NCBI GenBank assembly: GCA_963785725.1
Contig: CAWAWS010000019.1
Span: forward strand, 32,001-96,000
Direction of reading: 5' to 3'
DNA: 64,000 nucleotides
Origin: an uncultured delta proteobacterium
GTDB lineage: Bacteria; Myxococcota_A; Polyangia; Palsa-1104
Shown here: one piece after another, positions 1 through 9,498 of the stretch
How positions within the stretch are numbered: position 1 is the stretch's first letter
Layout of the letters: every line of letters begins with the position of its first letter
Translations under genes and position numbers: made by a program
The notes under the pieces: generated by a model
Database searches by the model: none
The model's input: only the letters and a program-made list of their open reading frames with translations
Told to the model about the DNA's origin: nothing

Positions 1-721
1 GCGCCATGGTGCCGAAGCCGTGCAAGATGGTGCTCTTGAAGCCGAAGGCGTGCGCCCACGCCGGCACCCAATGGACGGGGTTGAAGTCGCCGGTGAGCTT
101 GGCGAAGTCGAGGCCCGCCTCCGCCGACAGCTTCCAATAGGCCAGCTCGCGCGCGTCGACCGGCACGCGCGCCTTGTCCTTGGGCTTGCCGTTGGGCTTC
201 TTGTCGCCCTGGCCATTGTCGTTTTTGGCGAGCGGAATGAAGACGTACAAGTGCGCGGTGATGGCGTCGGGCGCGCTGCGCGTTCCCGTGATCATCTTTT
301 GATCGAGGATGGCGCGGCTGCCGTTGTCGTCGATGGAGACGAGCTGCCCCGACACTTGCAGCGGCTCGCCGGCGGGCAGCGGCTGATCGATGGTCAGCTT
401 GCAGCCGCCGTTCATCGCCGCCAGCATCGGATACTTCAGCCCCTCGACGAGCTTGCCGGTGAGCGGGAACGTCCACTGCGGAAACAGATGCGCCGGCACG
501 ATCTTGCGATAGGCCGACGGATCGCCGCCGACATGACGCGCGTAAGCGCCGATGAGCTCGGGCGCGCGCGGCGGCACGGTCACGGTGTGCACGGGGCCGG
601 GCACGATGACCTCGCCCGGCGTCGCCCAGCCGGCGCGCTGCTTGAACGCCGCGAACGCCGCCTCGCCCATGCCGCGCAAGACCGGCCCTTGATACCGCAC
701 GTACTTGAGGGGAACGCTCAT
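1..721 (-). CDS. MaoC/hot-dog-fold (R)-specific enoyl-CoA hydratase-like protein, runs off the window edge
   Basis: Not in the ORF track. Translated by hand from ATG at 721 (ATGA overlap with the upstream ACAD stop): MSVPLKYVRYQG...DFAKLTGDFNPVHW...ILHGFGTMA, containing the MaoC hydratase motif D-x-N-P-x-H and HG. Confidence 0.8.
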   Translation of the reverse strand, partial: MSVPLKYVRYQGPVLRGMGEAAFAAFKQRAGWATPGEVIVPGPVHTVTVPPRAPELIGAYARHVGGDPSAYRKIVPAHLFPQWTFPLTGKLVEGLKYPMLAAMNGGCKLTIDQPLPAGEPLQVSGQLVSIDDNGSRAILDQKMITGTRSAPDAITAHLYVFIPLAKNDNGQGDKKPNGKPKDKARVPVDARELAYWKLSAEAGLDFAKLTGDFNPVHWVPAWAHAFGFKSTILHGFGTMA

Positions 722-2646
722 GCGATCTTCTCGACTTTCTCGGCGGTCGCTTGGCCGTGGCCGAGCTTCTTGAGCAGGCGGTCGCCCGTGTTGGTGATTT
801 CGTCGACGAGGAACCGGGCGCGCGGCTCGGCGCGCTCCAAGTGGCGCTCGAGCAGCTCGCGGCGCTCGGGGAACTTCTTGGCCTGCGCCCACAAGAGGTC
901 GGCGATCGCTTCGTCCGCCAAGATGCGGATGAGGCGCTCGGCGTGCAGCATGGCGTAGGCGAAGTCGCGCTTGGGATTCCAGTTCTTGAGGAACCGGCGC
1001 GGCCACTCGCCGAGCGGGAACTCTTGCACCGACTTCAGCTTGTCGCCGGCCGTGCGCATCATGAGGTGCTGCTGCGCTTGGAACGACAGCGTCTGCAGCC
1101 GGGCCACGCCGCGCTCGAGCGGATCGCGCGTCGACACCGTGCGCCAACGCGCCTGCGCCCCTTTGCGCACGAACTTTTGCGGGTTCTTGATGATGCCGCC
1201 GAGCGTGTCCTTCATCGCCATCAGCGCCTGGATTTGCGACGTGCCTTCGTAGATCGGCATGACCATCGCGTCGCGCAAGAGCTTCTCGGCGCCGTAGTCT
1301 TTCGTGTAGCCGACGCCGCCATGGATCTGCACCGCGCGGCGCGACAGCTCGACCGCTTTCTCGGCGCCGAGGTACTTCAAGAGCGGCGTCACGCGACGCG
1401 CCTGGCGCTTGTGCCGCGCCACCTCGCGCTTCAAGAGCGCGCGCGCCTCTTCGGACAGCTCGGCGAACTTGAGCTGCAGCTCCTTCTTTTGCGCCAGCTC
1501 CTCGTGAAACGCGCCGTGCACGGCCAACGCGCGCACGCCGGCGACATCGGTGCGCATCTCTTCGAAGTAGTCGGCGATCATCTCATGCTGATCGATCGAC
1601 TTGCCCATCGAGCGCCGCTCGACGGCATAGGCCTGCGCCAGCCGAATGGCCGCTTCGCCGAGGCCGATGCACTCGAAGCCGACGCCGAGCCGCGCGCCGT
1701 TCATGAGCGTCAGCATGTACTGGAAGCCTTCGCCGCGCTTGCCGACGAGCTGCGCCGGCGCGCGGTCGAACTCCAGCGACGCCGTGACCGATGCGTGATG
1801 CCCGAGCTTCTCTTCGATGCGCCCGATCTTGACGACGCGATCGCGCTTGCCGTTCTCCTCGGAATAGGTGGGCACGAGGAACATCGACAGGCCGCCGAGA
1901 CCGGCGAACGGATCGTTCGGATCCTTGACGCTCTCGGTGCGCGCGATGACGAAGTGGTACTTGCCGTGGCCCGACGTGATGAAGATCTTGGTGCCGGTGA
2001 CGAACCAGTTGCCGTCGGCGTCCTGCTCGCCGCGGGCGCGCAAGGCGGCCATGTCGCTGCCGGCGTCGGGCTCGGTGATGTCCATGCAGCCCCACGCGTC
2101 GCCGCGCGCGATCTCCTCGATGTACGACTGCCAGCGCGTCTCCAAGATCTTGCCGGTGGTCGGGTCGATCTTGGTGGTGCCTTCGCGCGTCGAGAACAGG
2201 ATCATGGCCAGCGCGATGCCGCCGTGGAAGCCGTGGTGCGCCATGACCGAGACGTCGCCGCGCGCGAAGACCTCGGACGCCAAGTAGTAGACGAGCGCGG
2301 GCGCGTTCATGCCGCCCAGCTCGCGCGGCACGCACAGCCCGTGCAACCCTAACGCTTTGATCTGATCGAAGATGCCTTGCAGCCGCTTCGGGAACACCGC
2401 CTCGCCGTCGACGAAGTCGACCGCCTCGCGATCGAGCTGCGCGCCATGCGGCGCGATCTCCTCGGCCACGAAGCCGCCGATGAGGCCGAGCGTCTCCTTG
2501 TAGAACTCGAGCGCCTCGGCGGCCGACTTGGGCGCGCCTTCCGCGCGGCCCTCGGCTTCGGTCAAGCTGTAGAGCGGCTCCCAGTCGATCCATTTCTCGA
2601 CGTAGAAGCGCAGATCGTCATTGTCCTGATAGAAGTCGTTGGCCAT
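718..2646 (-). CDS. Acyl-CoA dehydrogenase
   Basis: Motifs ITEPDAGSD, GTKIFIT, EEKLG, QIHGGVGY, IYEGTSQIQ. Confidence 0.95.
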   Translation of the reverse strand: MANDFYQDNDDLRFYVEKWIDWEPLYSLTEAEGRAEGAPKSAAEALEFYKETLGLIGGFVAEEIAPHGAQLDREAVDFVDGEAVFPKRLQGIFDQIKALGLHGLCVPRELGGMNAPALVYYLASEVFARGDVSVMAHHGFHGGIALAMILFSTREGTTKIDPTTGKILETRWQSYIEEIARGDAWGCMDITEPDAGSDMAALRARGEQDADGNWFVTGTKIFITSGHGKYHFVIARTESVKDPNDPFAGLGGLSMFLVPTYSEENGKRDRVVKIGRIEEKLGHHASVTASLEFDRAPAQLVGKRGEGFQYMLTLMNGARLGVGFECIGLGEAAIRLAQAYAVERRSMGKSIDQHEMIADYFEEMRTDVAGVRALAVHGAFHEELAQKKELQLKFAELSEEARALLKREVARHKRQARRVTPLLKYLGAEKAVELSRRAVQIHGGVGYTKDYGAEKLLRDAMVMPIYEGTSQIQALMAMKDTLGGIIKNPQKFVRKGAQARWRTVSTRDPLERGVARLQTLSFQAQQHLMMRTAGDKLKSVQEFPLGEWPRRFLKNWNPKRDFAYAMLHAERLIRILADEAIADLLWAQAKKFPERRELLERHLERAEPRARFLVDEITNTGDRLLKKLGHGQATAEKVEKIA

Positions 2647-2649
2647 GGT

Positions 2650-3294
2650 TCACCTCGCGCGGGCCGTGCGGGTTCGCGTGCGAACCGGCGCGGTCGGGTT
2701 TAGGAGCGCGGCGCGCGCCACGCGTTTGAGCTCCGCTAAGAGCCGATGATCGAGCGGTTGGTGCGCCTGCGCAGCCGTCGCCGGCGGCAAGAGCACCTGC
2801 AAAATGGGACCGAACGCGAAGGTGCCGATGACGAGCTGGATGACCTGCAGGACGTAGCCGGCGGCGTCGACGTCGACGCGCATCGAGCCGTCCGCCTGTG
2901 CCTTCTGGATCGACTCGGCGACGACACCGAGCCACGGCGAGGCGTGGACGGCCAGCATCTGCCGCATCTGCGCCGGCCGATCGAGCGCTTCGCGCAAGAG
3001 CAGTCGCGCGCGATCGCGATCCTCGGCGAAGAAGCGCAGGGTCTCGTCCAAGATCGCGTCGAAGCGATCTTCACGCGCGGCCGCTTTCAAGAGGCGCGGC
3101 AAGGCCTCGTTCCAGCGCGACAGGAGATGCTCGAGCACGCGATCGTGCAGCGCCTCCTTCGACGGGAAGTGATAGAGCAGCGACGGCTTCTTCACACCCA
3201 CCGCGTCGGCGATGTCCTGCAGCGACGTGCCGTCCGCGCCCTTCTCGGCGAAGAGCCGCGTCGCGTGAGCCAGGATCTTGTCGCGCATCTCCAT
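2650..3294 (-). CDS. TetR/AcrR-family transcriptional regulator
   Basis: N-terminal HTH: ILAHATRLFAEKG..TSLQDIADAVGVKKPSLLYHFPSKE. Confidence 0.95.
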   Translation of the reverse strand: MEMRDKILAHATRLFAEKGADGTSLQDIADAVGVKKPSLLYHFPSKEALHDRVLEHLLSRWNEALPRLLKAAAREDRFDAILDETLRFFAEDRDRARLLLREALDRPAQMRQMLAVHASPWLGVVAESIQKAQADGSMRVDVDAAGYVLQVIQLVIGTFAFGPILQVLLPPATAAQAHQPLDHRLLAELKRVARAALLNPTAPVRTRTRTARAR

Positions 3295-3297
3295 CGT

Positions 3298-3337
3298 GTC
3301 TACCGATCGGTCACCTTTTGTCTACCATTTGGTAGGC
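3298..3337. promoter_or_regulatory. Two tandem palindromic operator-like sites, probable TetR autoregulation
   Basis: gtCTACCgatcGGTca (3298-3313) and gtCTACCatttGGTAGgc (3320-3337), immediately upstream of the tetR start. Confidence 0.6.
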
Positions 3338-3506
3338 AACCGATCAAGCGTCTCGATGCGTCATTGCTGGTCCCGCTCCTGCTTCTAGCTTATCGAACGA
3401 TAAGGCGCTGGATGAGCGCGTACGTGCGGATCACCCGTAATGACATGATGTGCTTGGACTGTTTCATGGGACAGCGGGCTTGGGGAGTGCGCGCCGCCGG
3501 CGTCGC

Positions 3507-4283
3507 TTAGCGGCCGGTAAACTTCGCGGCGCGCCGTTCGAGGAACGACTGCAGGCCCTCTTTGGCGTCCTCGCTGCGCAAGAGCGGCTGCAGATCGGGC
3601 AAGAGGCGACGCGCCGCTTCGGCTTCGTCGGCGAGCGCCAGGCGCGACGAGGCCAAGGTCGCGCGCACGCCGAGCGGCGCCTGCGCGGCGATGCGCTCGG
3701 CGATCTCGATGGCGCGCGCCGTGTCCTGGCCGGCGTCGACGACGTCTTGCACGAGGCCGACGCGCTGCGCCTCTTCGGCGCTGAGCTCGTCGGCGGTCAA
3801 AAGCCAGCGCATGGCGTTGGCCCAGCCGATCTCGCGCGGCATGCGAATCGTGGCGCCACCGACGGGAAAGATGCCGCGCCGGACCTCGATCTGGCCGAAG
3901 CGCGCGTCGCGCGCGGCGACGCGAATGTCGGTCGCCAGCATGAGCTCGATGCCGATCGTGTAGCAGATGCCGTGGATGGCCGAGACCACCGGCTTCGACA
4001 GCGTCGGGCCGCGCAGGCCGAGCGGATCGATGGCGCCCGCCGGCACCGGCATCTCGCCCTCGGCGAACACCGGCGTCCACTGCGCCAGATCGAGCCCGCC
4101 CGTGAAGTGATCGCCGTGCGCGAAGAGGACGGCACAGCGCAGGTCGTCGTCGGCGTCGAGCCGCGCGTAGGCGTGACCGATGGCCTCGTACATGCCGACG
4201 TCGAAGGCGTTGCGTTTTTGCGGGCGATTGATGCCGATCAGCAGCAGCTGCTGCCGTTTTTCGACGCTGATGTGCTCGCTCAT
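3507..4283 (-). CDS. Enoyl-CoA hydratase/isomerase (crotonase family)
   Basis: INRPQKRNA, FTGGLDL, KPVVSAIHG, GIELMLATDIRVA, EGLQSFLERR. Confidence 0.93.
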   Translation of the reverse strand: MSEHISVEKRQQLLLIGINRPQKRNAFDVGMYEAIGHAYARLDADDDLRCAVLFAHGDHFTGGLDLAQWTPVFAEGEMPVPAGAIDPLGLRGPTLSKPVVSAIHGICYTIGIELMLATDIRVAARDARFGQIEVRRGIFPVGGATIRMPREIGWANAMRWLLTADELSAEEAQRVGLVQDVVDAGQDTARAIEIAERIAAQAPLGVRATLASSRLALADEAEAARRLLPDLQPLLRSEDAKEGLQSFLERRAAKFTGR

Positions 4284-4312
4284 GGCCGCATACTACGCGA
4301 GCCGCGCGGAGG

Positions 4313-4735
4313 TCAGAAGGTGACGTCGTCGTCGACGGTCTGCACGATGGTGACGGCCGTCGACGTATACGTCGCCGCCGACACGACCGACGGGCTCACC
4401 GGCTGGCGGCCGGCCGCCGAGCAGGCCACGGTGAGCTTGACCGAAGTGGCCTCGAAGTCGAACTGCGCGGAGCTGGTGACGCCGTCGCTGTCGGTGCCCG
4501 CGGCCTGCGCCCACACGCCGAAGATGGGTAGATCGCTCGTCGCGCCCGGCGACACCAGCGTCAACGCCAAGTCGTTCGGCGCCGTGCCCAGCGTCAGCGT
4601 CGAGCCCGCGACCGTGTAGCTGGAGGTGGCGGCGTTGAGGCCGGCGCCGCAATCGAACATGACCGGCTGCGCGCTGCTGCCGCCGCAACCGGCGACGAGG
4701 ATCGAGGCAAAGAGGCAACCCAGCTTCGTGTTCAT
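4313..4735 (-). CDS. Small beta-rich lipoprotein, paralog 1
   Basis: Signal peptide with lipobox LVAGC; CAGGAG SD; similar to the neighbouring ORF. Confidence 0.7.
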   Translation of the reverse strand: MNTKLGCLFASILVAGCGGSSAQPVMFDCGAGLNAATSSYTVAGSTLTLGTAPNDLALTLVSPGATSDLPIFGVWAQAAGTDSDGVTSSAQFDFEATSVKLTVACSAAGRQPVSPSVVSAATYTSTAVTIVQTVDDDVTF

Positions 4736-4810
4736 GCGAATCTCCTGAACACGCGACTAACACGAGCGGTGGGGCTATTTCGACGAAATAAGCGCGCCCC
4801 GAGCGCGGGC

Positions 4811-5272
4811 TTAGAACGACTCGGTGTCGGACTCGTTCTGCTGGATGACGAGCGTCGTGTCCGTGATCGTGGCCGTCGACGTGGCCGTGGCGGTCGTCGG
4901 ATTGTGGCCGAGCGCGCTGCAGATGGTGCTGACCGTGACCTTGCCGGGCTCGATGTCGAGCGAGCCGACCGCGGTCAGGTCGAGCACGTTGGAGTCAGAC
5001 GACGGCAGCTGCCAGCCGCCGTAGATGGGCTCGGCGGTCGACGAGCCGGCGGACAAGCGCGTCAGCGTCACCGCCTGCCCGCCGGTGGTCAGCGTCAGCG
5101 ACGAGCCGCTGACGACGTACGTGGACGTGCTCGCCGTCAAGTTGGCGTTGCAGGTGTACGTCGCGTTGTTGTTGTTGTTGTTGTTGTTGGAGGTCGTCGT
5201 CGAGCCACCGCCGCAGCCGCCAACGCTGGCGATCATCATCAAACCGAACAGACAACCAAGCTTCGTGTTCAT
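4811..5272 (-). CDS. Small beta-rich lipoprotein, paralog 2, with poly-Asn linker
   Basis: Start MNTKLGCLF at 5272 behind CAGGAG; lipobox VGGC; N8 tract. Confidence 0.7.
   Translation of the reverse strand: MNTKLGCLFGLMMIASVGGCGGGSTTTSNNNNNNNNATYTCNANLTASTSTYVVSGSSLTLTTGGQAVTLTRLSAGSSTAEPIYGGWQLPSSDSNVLDLTAVGSLDIEPGKVTVSTICSALGHNPTTATATSTATITDTTLVIQQNESDTESF
5165..5188 (-). repeat. (AAC)8 trinucleotide microsatellite encoding poly-Asn
   Basis: gtt repeated 8 times on the + strand. Confidence 0.9.
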
Positions 5273-5543
5273 CGGAGTCTCCTGACCGTCGTCAATTCGA
5301 GGTCGGGTCGCGGCCATTGCGAGCGCCGTGCCGAATGCGATCAACGCGGCGCGCGTCGCTTCGCGCTGCAGTCGTGGCTTTTTCGACGACAAAACCGTGT
5401 CCCAGGGCGACAGGAGCTGTCGCCTCGCTGGAACGCGCTAACGTCACCGGGGCGTCGCGTCTGTGACTTCGAGCGGCGCGGCGGCCGCTGCGGACGGGCT
5501 ACCGTTGACCGCGCCCGATGCGGCCGTTAGGCTCGGTTCATTC

Positions 5544-6830
5544 GTGATTTCAGTCGGTAGCATCCTGCACGATACCTATCGCATCGACGAGGAGCTCGGC
5601 CGGGGCGGGATGGGTTGCGTTTTTGCGGCGACCCACATGCGACTGCCGCGCCGAGTGGCCGTCAAGGTATTGATGCAAACGACGGACGGCCAATCGCTGA
5701 AGCGTTTTCGGCGCGAGGCCGAGATCTGCTCGCAGATCGGCCATCGCAACATCGTCGAGGTGTTCGACTTCAACGAGGTCGACGGGCAGCCCTACATCGT
5801 CATGGAGCTGTTGAGCGGCGAGTCGCTGCGCCAGCGGCTCGATCGCGAGCCGGTGTTGGCGCGGGCGACGCTGATTCAGCTGGTGCGCGAAGTGGGCAAG
5901 GCGCTGTCGGCGGCGCACGCGGCCGAGGTCGTGCATCGCGATCTGAAGCCGGCCAACTTGTTCATCAGTCGAGAAGAGGGCGAAGAGCGCTTCAAGGTGC
6001 TCGACTTCGGCATCAGCAAGATCGTGGGCATGCGCTCGTTGCAGACGCGCGATGACTTGCTCTTGGGGACGCCGGGCTATATGTCGCCGGAGCAGGCGCG
6101 CGGCGACGTGCAGAGCGTCAACGCCAAGGCCGATCAGTTCTCGCTGGCGACGATCGTGTACGAGGCGCTGAGCGGCAAGGCGGCGTTCGTGGCCGAGGGC
6201 GATACGCCGTATACGGTGCTGTACAAGATCGTGCACAAGGATCCGCCGCCGCTGTTGGAGCAGCAGCCGGAGGTGCGCGACGTGTTGGCGCGGGCGTTGG
6301 CCAAGGAGCCGGCGGACCGCTTCGTCGACGTGGCCGAGATGGCGGACGCGCTGGTGGCGGCGTTGGCGAAGGTGCCGGACACGCGGCCGTACGTGCCGTT
6401 GCGCGAGGGGCCGCCGCAGCGGCGGCGTTGGCCGCTCGTCGTCGGCGCGATCGTCGTGGCGGCGGCGTTGGGCGCGGGCGCGATCGTGTGGCAGCGCGCG
6501 CGGGCGCAGCGGCCGCCGCAGCCGAGCCTGCCACTGCCGCAAGCGCAGAAGCCGGCGGAGAAGATCGTTCCACCGGCGCCGATTCCGCTGCCGCCGCCGC
6601 CGCAAACGCCGCCGACGACGCTGACGCACGACACGCGCACGCCGGCGAAAGCGGAGCCGGCGAATCTGGACACGCCGGCGCTGCCGAAGACGCAGCCGCC
6701 GCGCACGGCCAAAGATCGCGTGCACGTCAAGACGCCGCCGAAAACGCCGCCGAAGACGCAGCCCAAGACGACGAAGCCCGCGAAGCCTGAAGACGACGAG
6801 CTGTCGAATCCGTACAAGGAGGCGCCGTGA
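5544..6830 (+). CDS. Hanks-type Ser/Thr protein kinase with TM helix and Pro-rich tail
   Basis: LGRGGMG, VAVK, HRDLKPAN, DFG, GTPGYMSPE; TM LVVGAIVVAAALGAGAIVW. Start uncertain (GTG 5544 or upstream). Confidence 0.92.
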   Translation: MISVGSILHDTYRIDEELGRGGMGCVFAATHMRLPRRVAVKVLMQTTDGQSLKRFRREAEICSQIGHRNIVEVFDFNEVDGQPYIVMELLSGESLRQRLDREPVLARATLIQLVREVGKALSAAHAAEVVHRDLKPANLFISREEGEERFKVLDFGISKIVGMRSLQTRDDLLLGTPGYMSPEQARGDVQSVNAKADQFSLATIVYEALSGKAAFVAEGDTPYTVLYKIVHKDPPPLLEQQPEVRDVLARALAKEPADRFVDVAEMADALVAALAKVPDTRPYVPLREGPPQRRRWPLVVGAIVVAAALGAGAIVWQRARAQRPPQPSLPLPQAQKPAEKIVPPAPIPLPPPPQTPPTTLTHDTRTPAKAEPANLDTPALPKTQPPRTAKDRVHVKTPPKTPPKTQPKTTKPAKPEDDELSNPYKEAP

Positions 6831-7705
6831 AGACGCCGGCCTTGGCGCTCGCGCTCGTCCTGCTCGGCAACGGCGCGTTCGCGGCGCCGCAAACGCCGGG
6901 ACAGCAGCTGTATCAGGCGGGCGAGCGCGCGTTTCATCTGCAGCATTGGGAAGAGGCGCGGCGTTCGTTCGCCGCCGCTTACGAGCTCGATCGCAAGCCG
7001 GAGCTGCTCTACGACGTGGCCTTGGCGACGTGGCGTTTGGCGCGCGAGGACGAGACGCTGGCGTCGCTGCAGGCGGCGCGCGCGGCCTATCAGCGCTATC
7101 TCGACGAGGCGACGGTCGGGCGGCGGCGCAAGCCGGCGGAAGAGGCGCTGGCGCAGATCGACGCGCAGCTGCCGAAGCCGAAGCCGGCCAACGTCGGGCC
7201 GCGCGACGACGACGACGATCCGGCGCAGCCGCTCGATCCCTACGCGCCGCCGCGCAAGCTGCCGCCGATTCCGAAGCCGATCATCATCGGTCAGCCGCCG
7301 AAGCCGGTGCAGCAGCAGCAGGCGCCGGTGCAGCCGAAAGCGAACCCGCAGCCGCCCAAGGGCATGATCGAGGTCGACAGCGAGGTGCCGCCGCGGAGCC
7401 CGGCCGAGCTGCGCAAGCAGCAGCAGAAGCAGCCGGAGCAGAAGCAGCCGGCGCTGCCGAAGCACAATCCCAACCTGCCGAAGGGCATGATCGAGGTCGG
7501 CGACTCGGCGGCGCCGTCGCAAACGCCGCATGACGAGCTGACGATGACGAGGCCACGGGCGAAAGACGGCGCGCATCGTCGCTGGGTGACGCCGGTCGTC
7601 GTCGTCGGCGTGCTGTGCGCGGCGGGGCTGGCGATCGGCCTCGGCGTCGGGCTGAGCGAGCATTCGTCGTCGTCGAACATGCTGCAGCCGATCATGGTCA
7701 ATTGA
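6827..7705 (+). CDS. Exported TPR-like protein with Pro-rich linker and C-terminal TM
   Basis: Signal peptide; TPR-like LYQAGERAF..WEEARRSFAAAYEL..PELLYDVA; duplicated PKGMIEV; GTGA overlap with the kinase. Confidence 0.75.
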   Translation: MKTPALALALVLLGNGAFAAPQTPGQQLYQAGERAFHLQHWEEARRSFAAAYELDRKPELLYDVALATWRLAREDETLASLQAARAAYQRYLDEATVGRRRKPAEEALAQIDAQLPKPKPANVGPRDDDDDPAQPLDPYAPPRKLPPIPKPIIIGQPPKPVQQQQAPVQPKANPQPPKGMIEVDSEVPPRSPAELRKQQQKQPEQKQPALPKHNPNLPKGMIEVGDSAAPSQTPHDELTMTRPRAKDGAHRRWVTPVVVVGVLCAAGLAIGLGVGLSEHSSSSNMLQPIMVN

Positions 7706-9459
7706 TGCGTGCGCTCTCGCTCGCGCTCGCGCTCGCGACGGCCAGCTGCGGCGGCAGCTCGTACGACTGCGCGGACGGCTGGGTGAAGGTGACGTTCACC
7801 TATCCGCCCACGGTCCGTCCTGCCGATCAGCTGAAGATCGCCCTGTCGATCGGCAACGGGAGCCCCTACTTCCGAACGCGCACGCCTGGGCAATCGTCGG
7901 ACAGCATCGAGATCGAGGTCCCGAAAGGCACGACCTCCTTTCAGCTCATGGTCCAAGCAATCGAGATCGAGAATGGGATGATCCTCGGTTACGGGGCGCT
8001 GCAGATCACGGCGGGATGCCCGAGCCAGAGCCACGACCTCACGCTCTCGGCCACCGGCGCGAGCGATATGGACGACATGGGCAGCGGATCCTCCAGCTGC
8101 GGCGGCTGCGGCACGGGCACGTGCGCCGGCACCTGCAACACGACGAACGGCGTGTGTGATTACTCGGCCACGGACAACCAGTCGTGCGCCACGTGCGAAG
8201 CCGGGCGGGCCTACACCAACGGCACCTGCAGCGGAGGCGGCTGCGCCAAGATGGGTCTTTCGTTGGCGTGCGCCAACAACATCTGCGGCGACGTCGGCTG
8301 CGCCGCGCCGACGCAGGGGTTCGGCCAGGTCGTCGCCGGCATCGGCTTCAGCTGCGTCAGCCTCGGCCCCAACAACAATGTGCGCTGCTGGGGCTCGAAC
8401 GCCTATGGCGTGCTCGGCCCCGACAACATCGGCGGCATGAGCGCCTTGCCGGTCGCCGTGCCGAACACGAACGGCATCACGTCGCTCGTCGCCGGCGATG
8501 ACCACGTCTGCGGCGTGCGCGTCGGCGGGATGGTCTGCTGGGGCCGCAATCAATCGGGGCAGCTCGGCGTCCTCGCCGACCAACAGCCGCATCCGACGCC
8601 GGTCTCCGTTCCCATGATCGCCACGGCGGTCATGGCCGCGGCGTCCAGCGACCACACGTGCGCGCTGGTGCAAATCCCGGGCATGCAGACGGAGACGGTC
8701 TATTGCTGGGGCATGAACCACGCCGGCGAGCTCGGCGAGGGCTCGGGCGTCATCATCGGCGTCAGCCAGGTCTCGCCGTTTCTGAGCGGCGCCTATCGGA
8801 GCCTGGCGCTCGGCGATGCGCATCTGTGCGTCGCGAGCCAGCCGACGCCGGGCTTGTCGCAGACCTTGGTCAGCTGCATCGGCGACGACACGTTCAGCCA
8901 GCTCGGCGCGAGCGCCCTCAACGGCATCGGCGTCGTCTCGCTGCCGTTCGAGAACGCGCAGCTCGCCGCCGGCGGCAACACGACCTGCGCCTTCGACGGC
9001 ACCGACTCGCCCGCGAGCCTCTATTGTTGGGGCGACAACAGCAGCGGGCAGCTCGGCGTCGGCTCGTCGGCCGCGCAGTCAGGCACGCCGGTCTCGGTGT
9101 GCAACAACGACTTCATCAACATGGTCGACTGCGACACGATCGGCAGCGTCGCCGTCGGCCGCGGTTACGCGTGCGGCGGCTTCTTCAACGGCGTCTCTTG
9201 TTGGGGCTCGAACGCCGACGACCAGCTCGGGTTCGTCGGCAGCGACACGAGCATTCCCGCGCCCACCATCAAGAACGTCGCGCGCACGTACGTCGCGACC
9301 GGCCTCGGTCACGCCTGCGCCATCGGCAGCTTCGACACCGGCACCTCGCCGACGGTCGACTGCTGGGGCGACAATCGCTTGGGACAGACGGGCGATACCA
9401 ACCCCAACCACCTCGTCGACGGCTTGTTGCCGGCGCCGGTGTCGTGGGTCGTCGAGTAG
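7705..9459 (+). CDS. Lipoprotein with Cys-rich region and RCC1/BLIP-II beta-propeller repeats
   Basis: Lipobox ATASC; repeated CWGxNxxGQLG and GxxHxC motifs. Confidence 0.88.
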   Translation: MRALSLALALATASCGGSSYDCADGWVKVTFTYPPTVRPADQLKIALSIGNGSPYFRTRTPGQSSDSIEIEVPKGTTSFQLMVQAIEIENGMILGYGALQITAGCPSQSHDLTLSATGASDMDDMGSGSSSCGGCGTGTCAGTCNTTNGVCDYSATDNQSCATCEAGRAYTNGTCSGGGCAKMGLSLACANNICGDVGCAAPTQGFGQVVAGIGFSCVSLGPNNNVRCWGSNAYGVLGPDNIGGMSALPVAVPNTNGITSLVAGDDHVCGVRVGGMVCWGRNQSGQLGVLADQQPHPTPVSVPMIATAVMAAASSDHTCALVQIPGMQTETVYCWGMNHAGELGEGSGVIIGVSQVSPFLSGAYRSLALGDAHLCVASQPTPGLSQTLVSCIGDDTFSQLGASALNGIGVVSLPFENAQLAAGGNTTCAFDGTDSPASLYCWGDNSSGQLGVGSSAAQSGTPVSVCNNDFINMVDCDTIGSVAVGRGYACGGFFNGVSCWGSNADDQLGFVGSDTSIPAPTIKNVARTYVATGLGHACAIGSFDTGTSPTVDCWGDNRLGQTGDTNPNHLVDGLLPAPVSWVVE

Positions 9460-9498
9460 CTACCGACTGCGCTTATAGTTCGGTATAATAAAGCCGGG

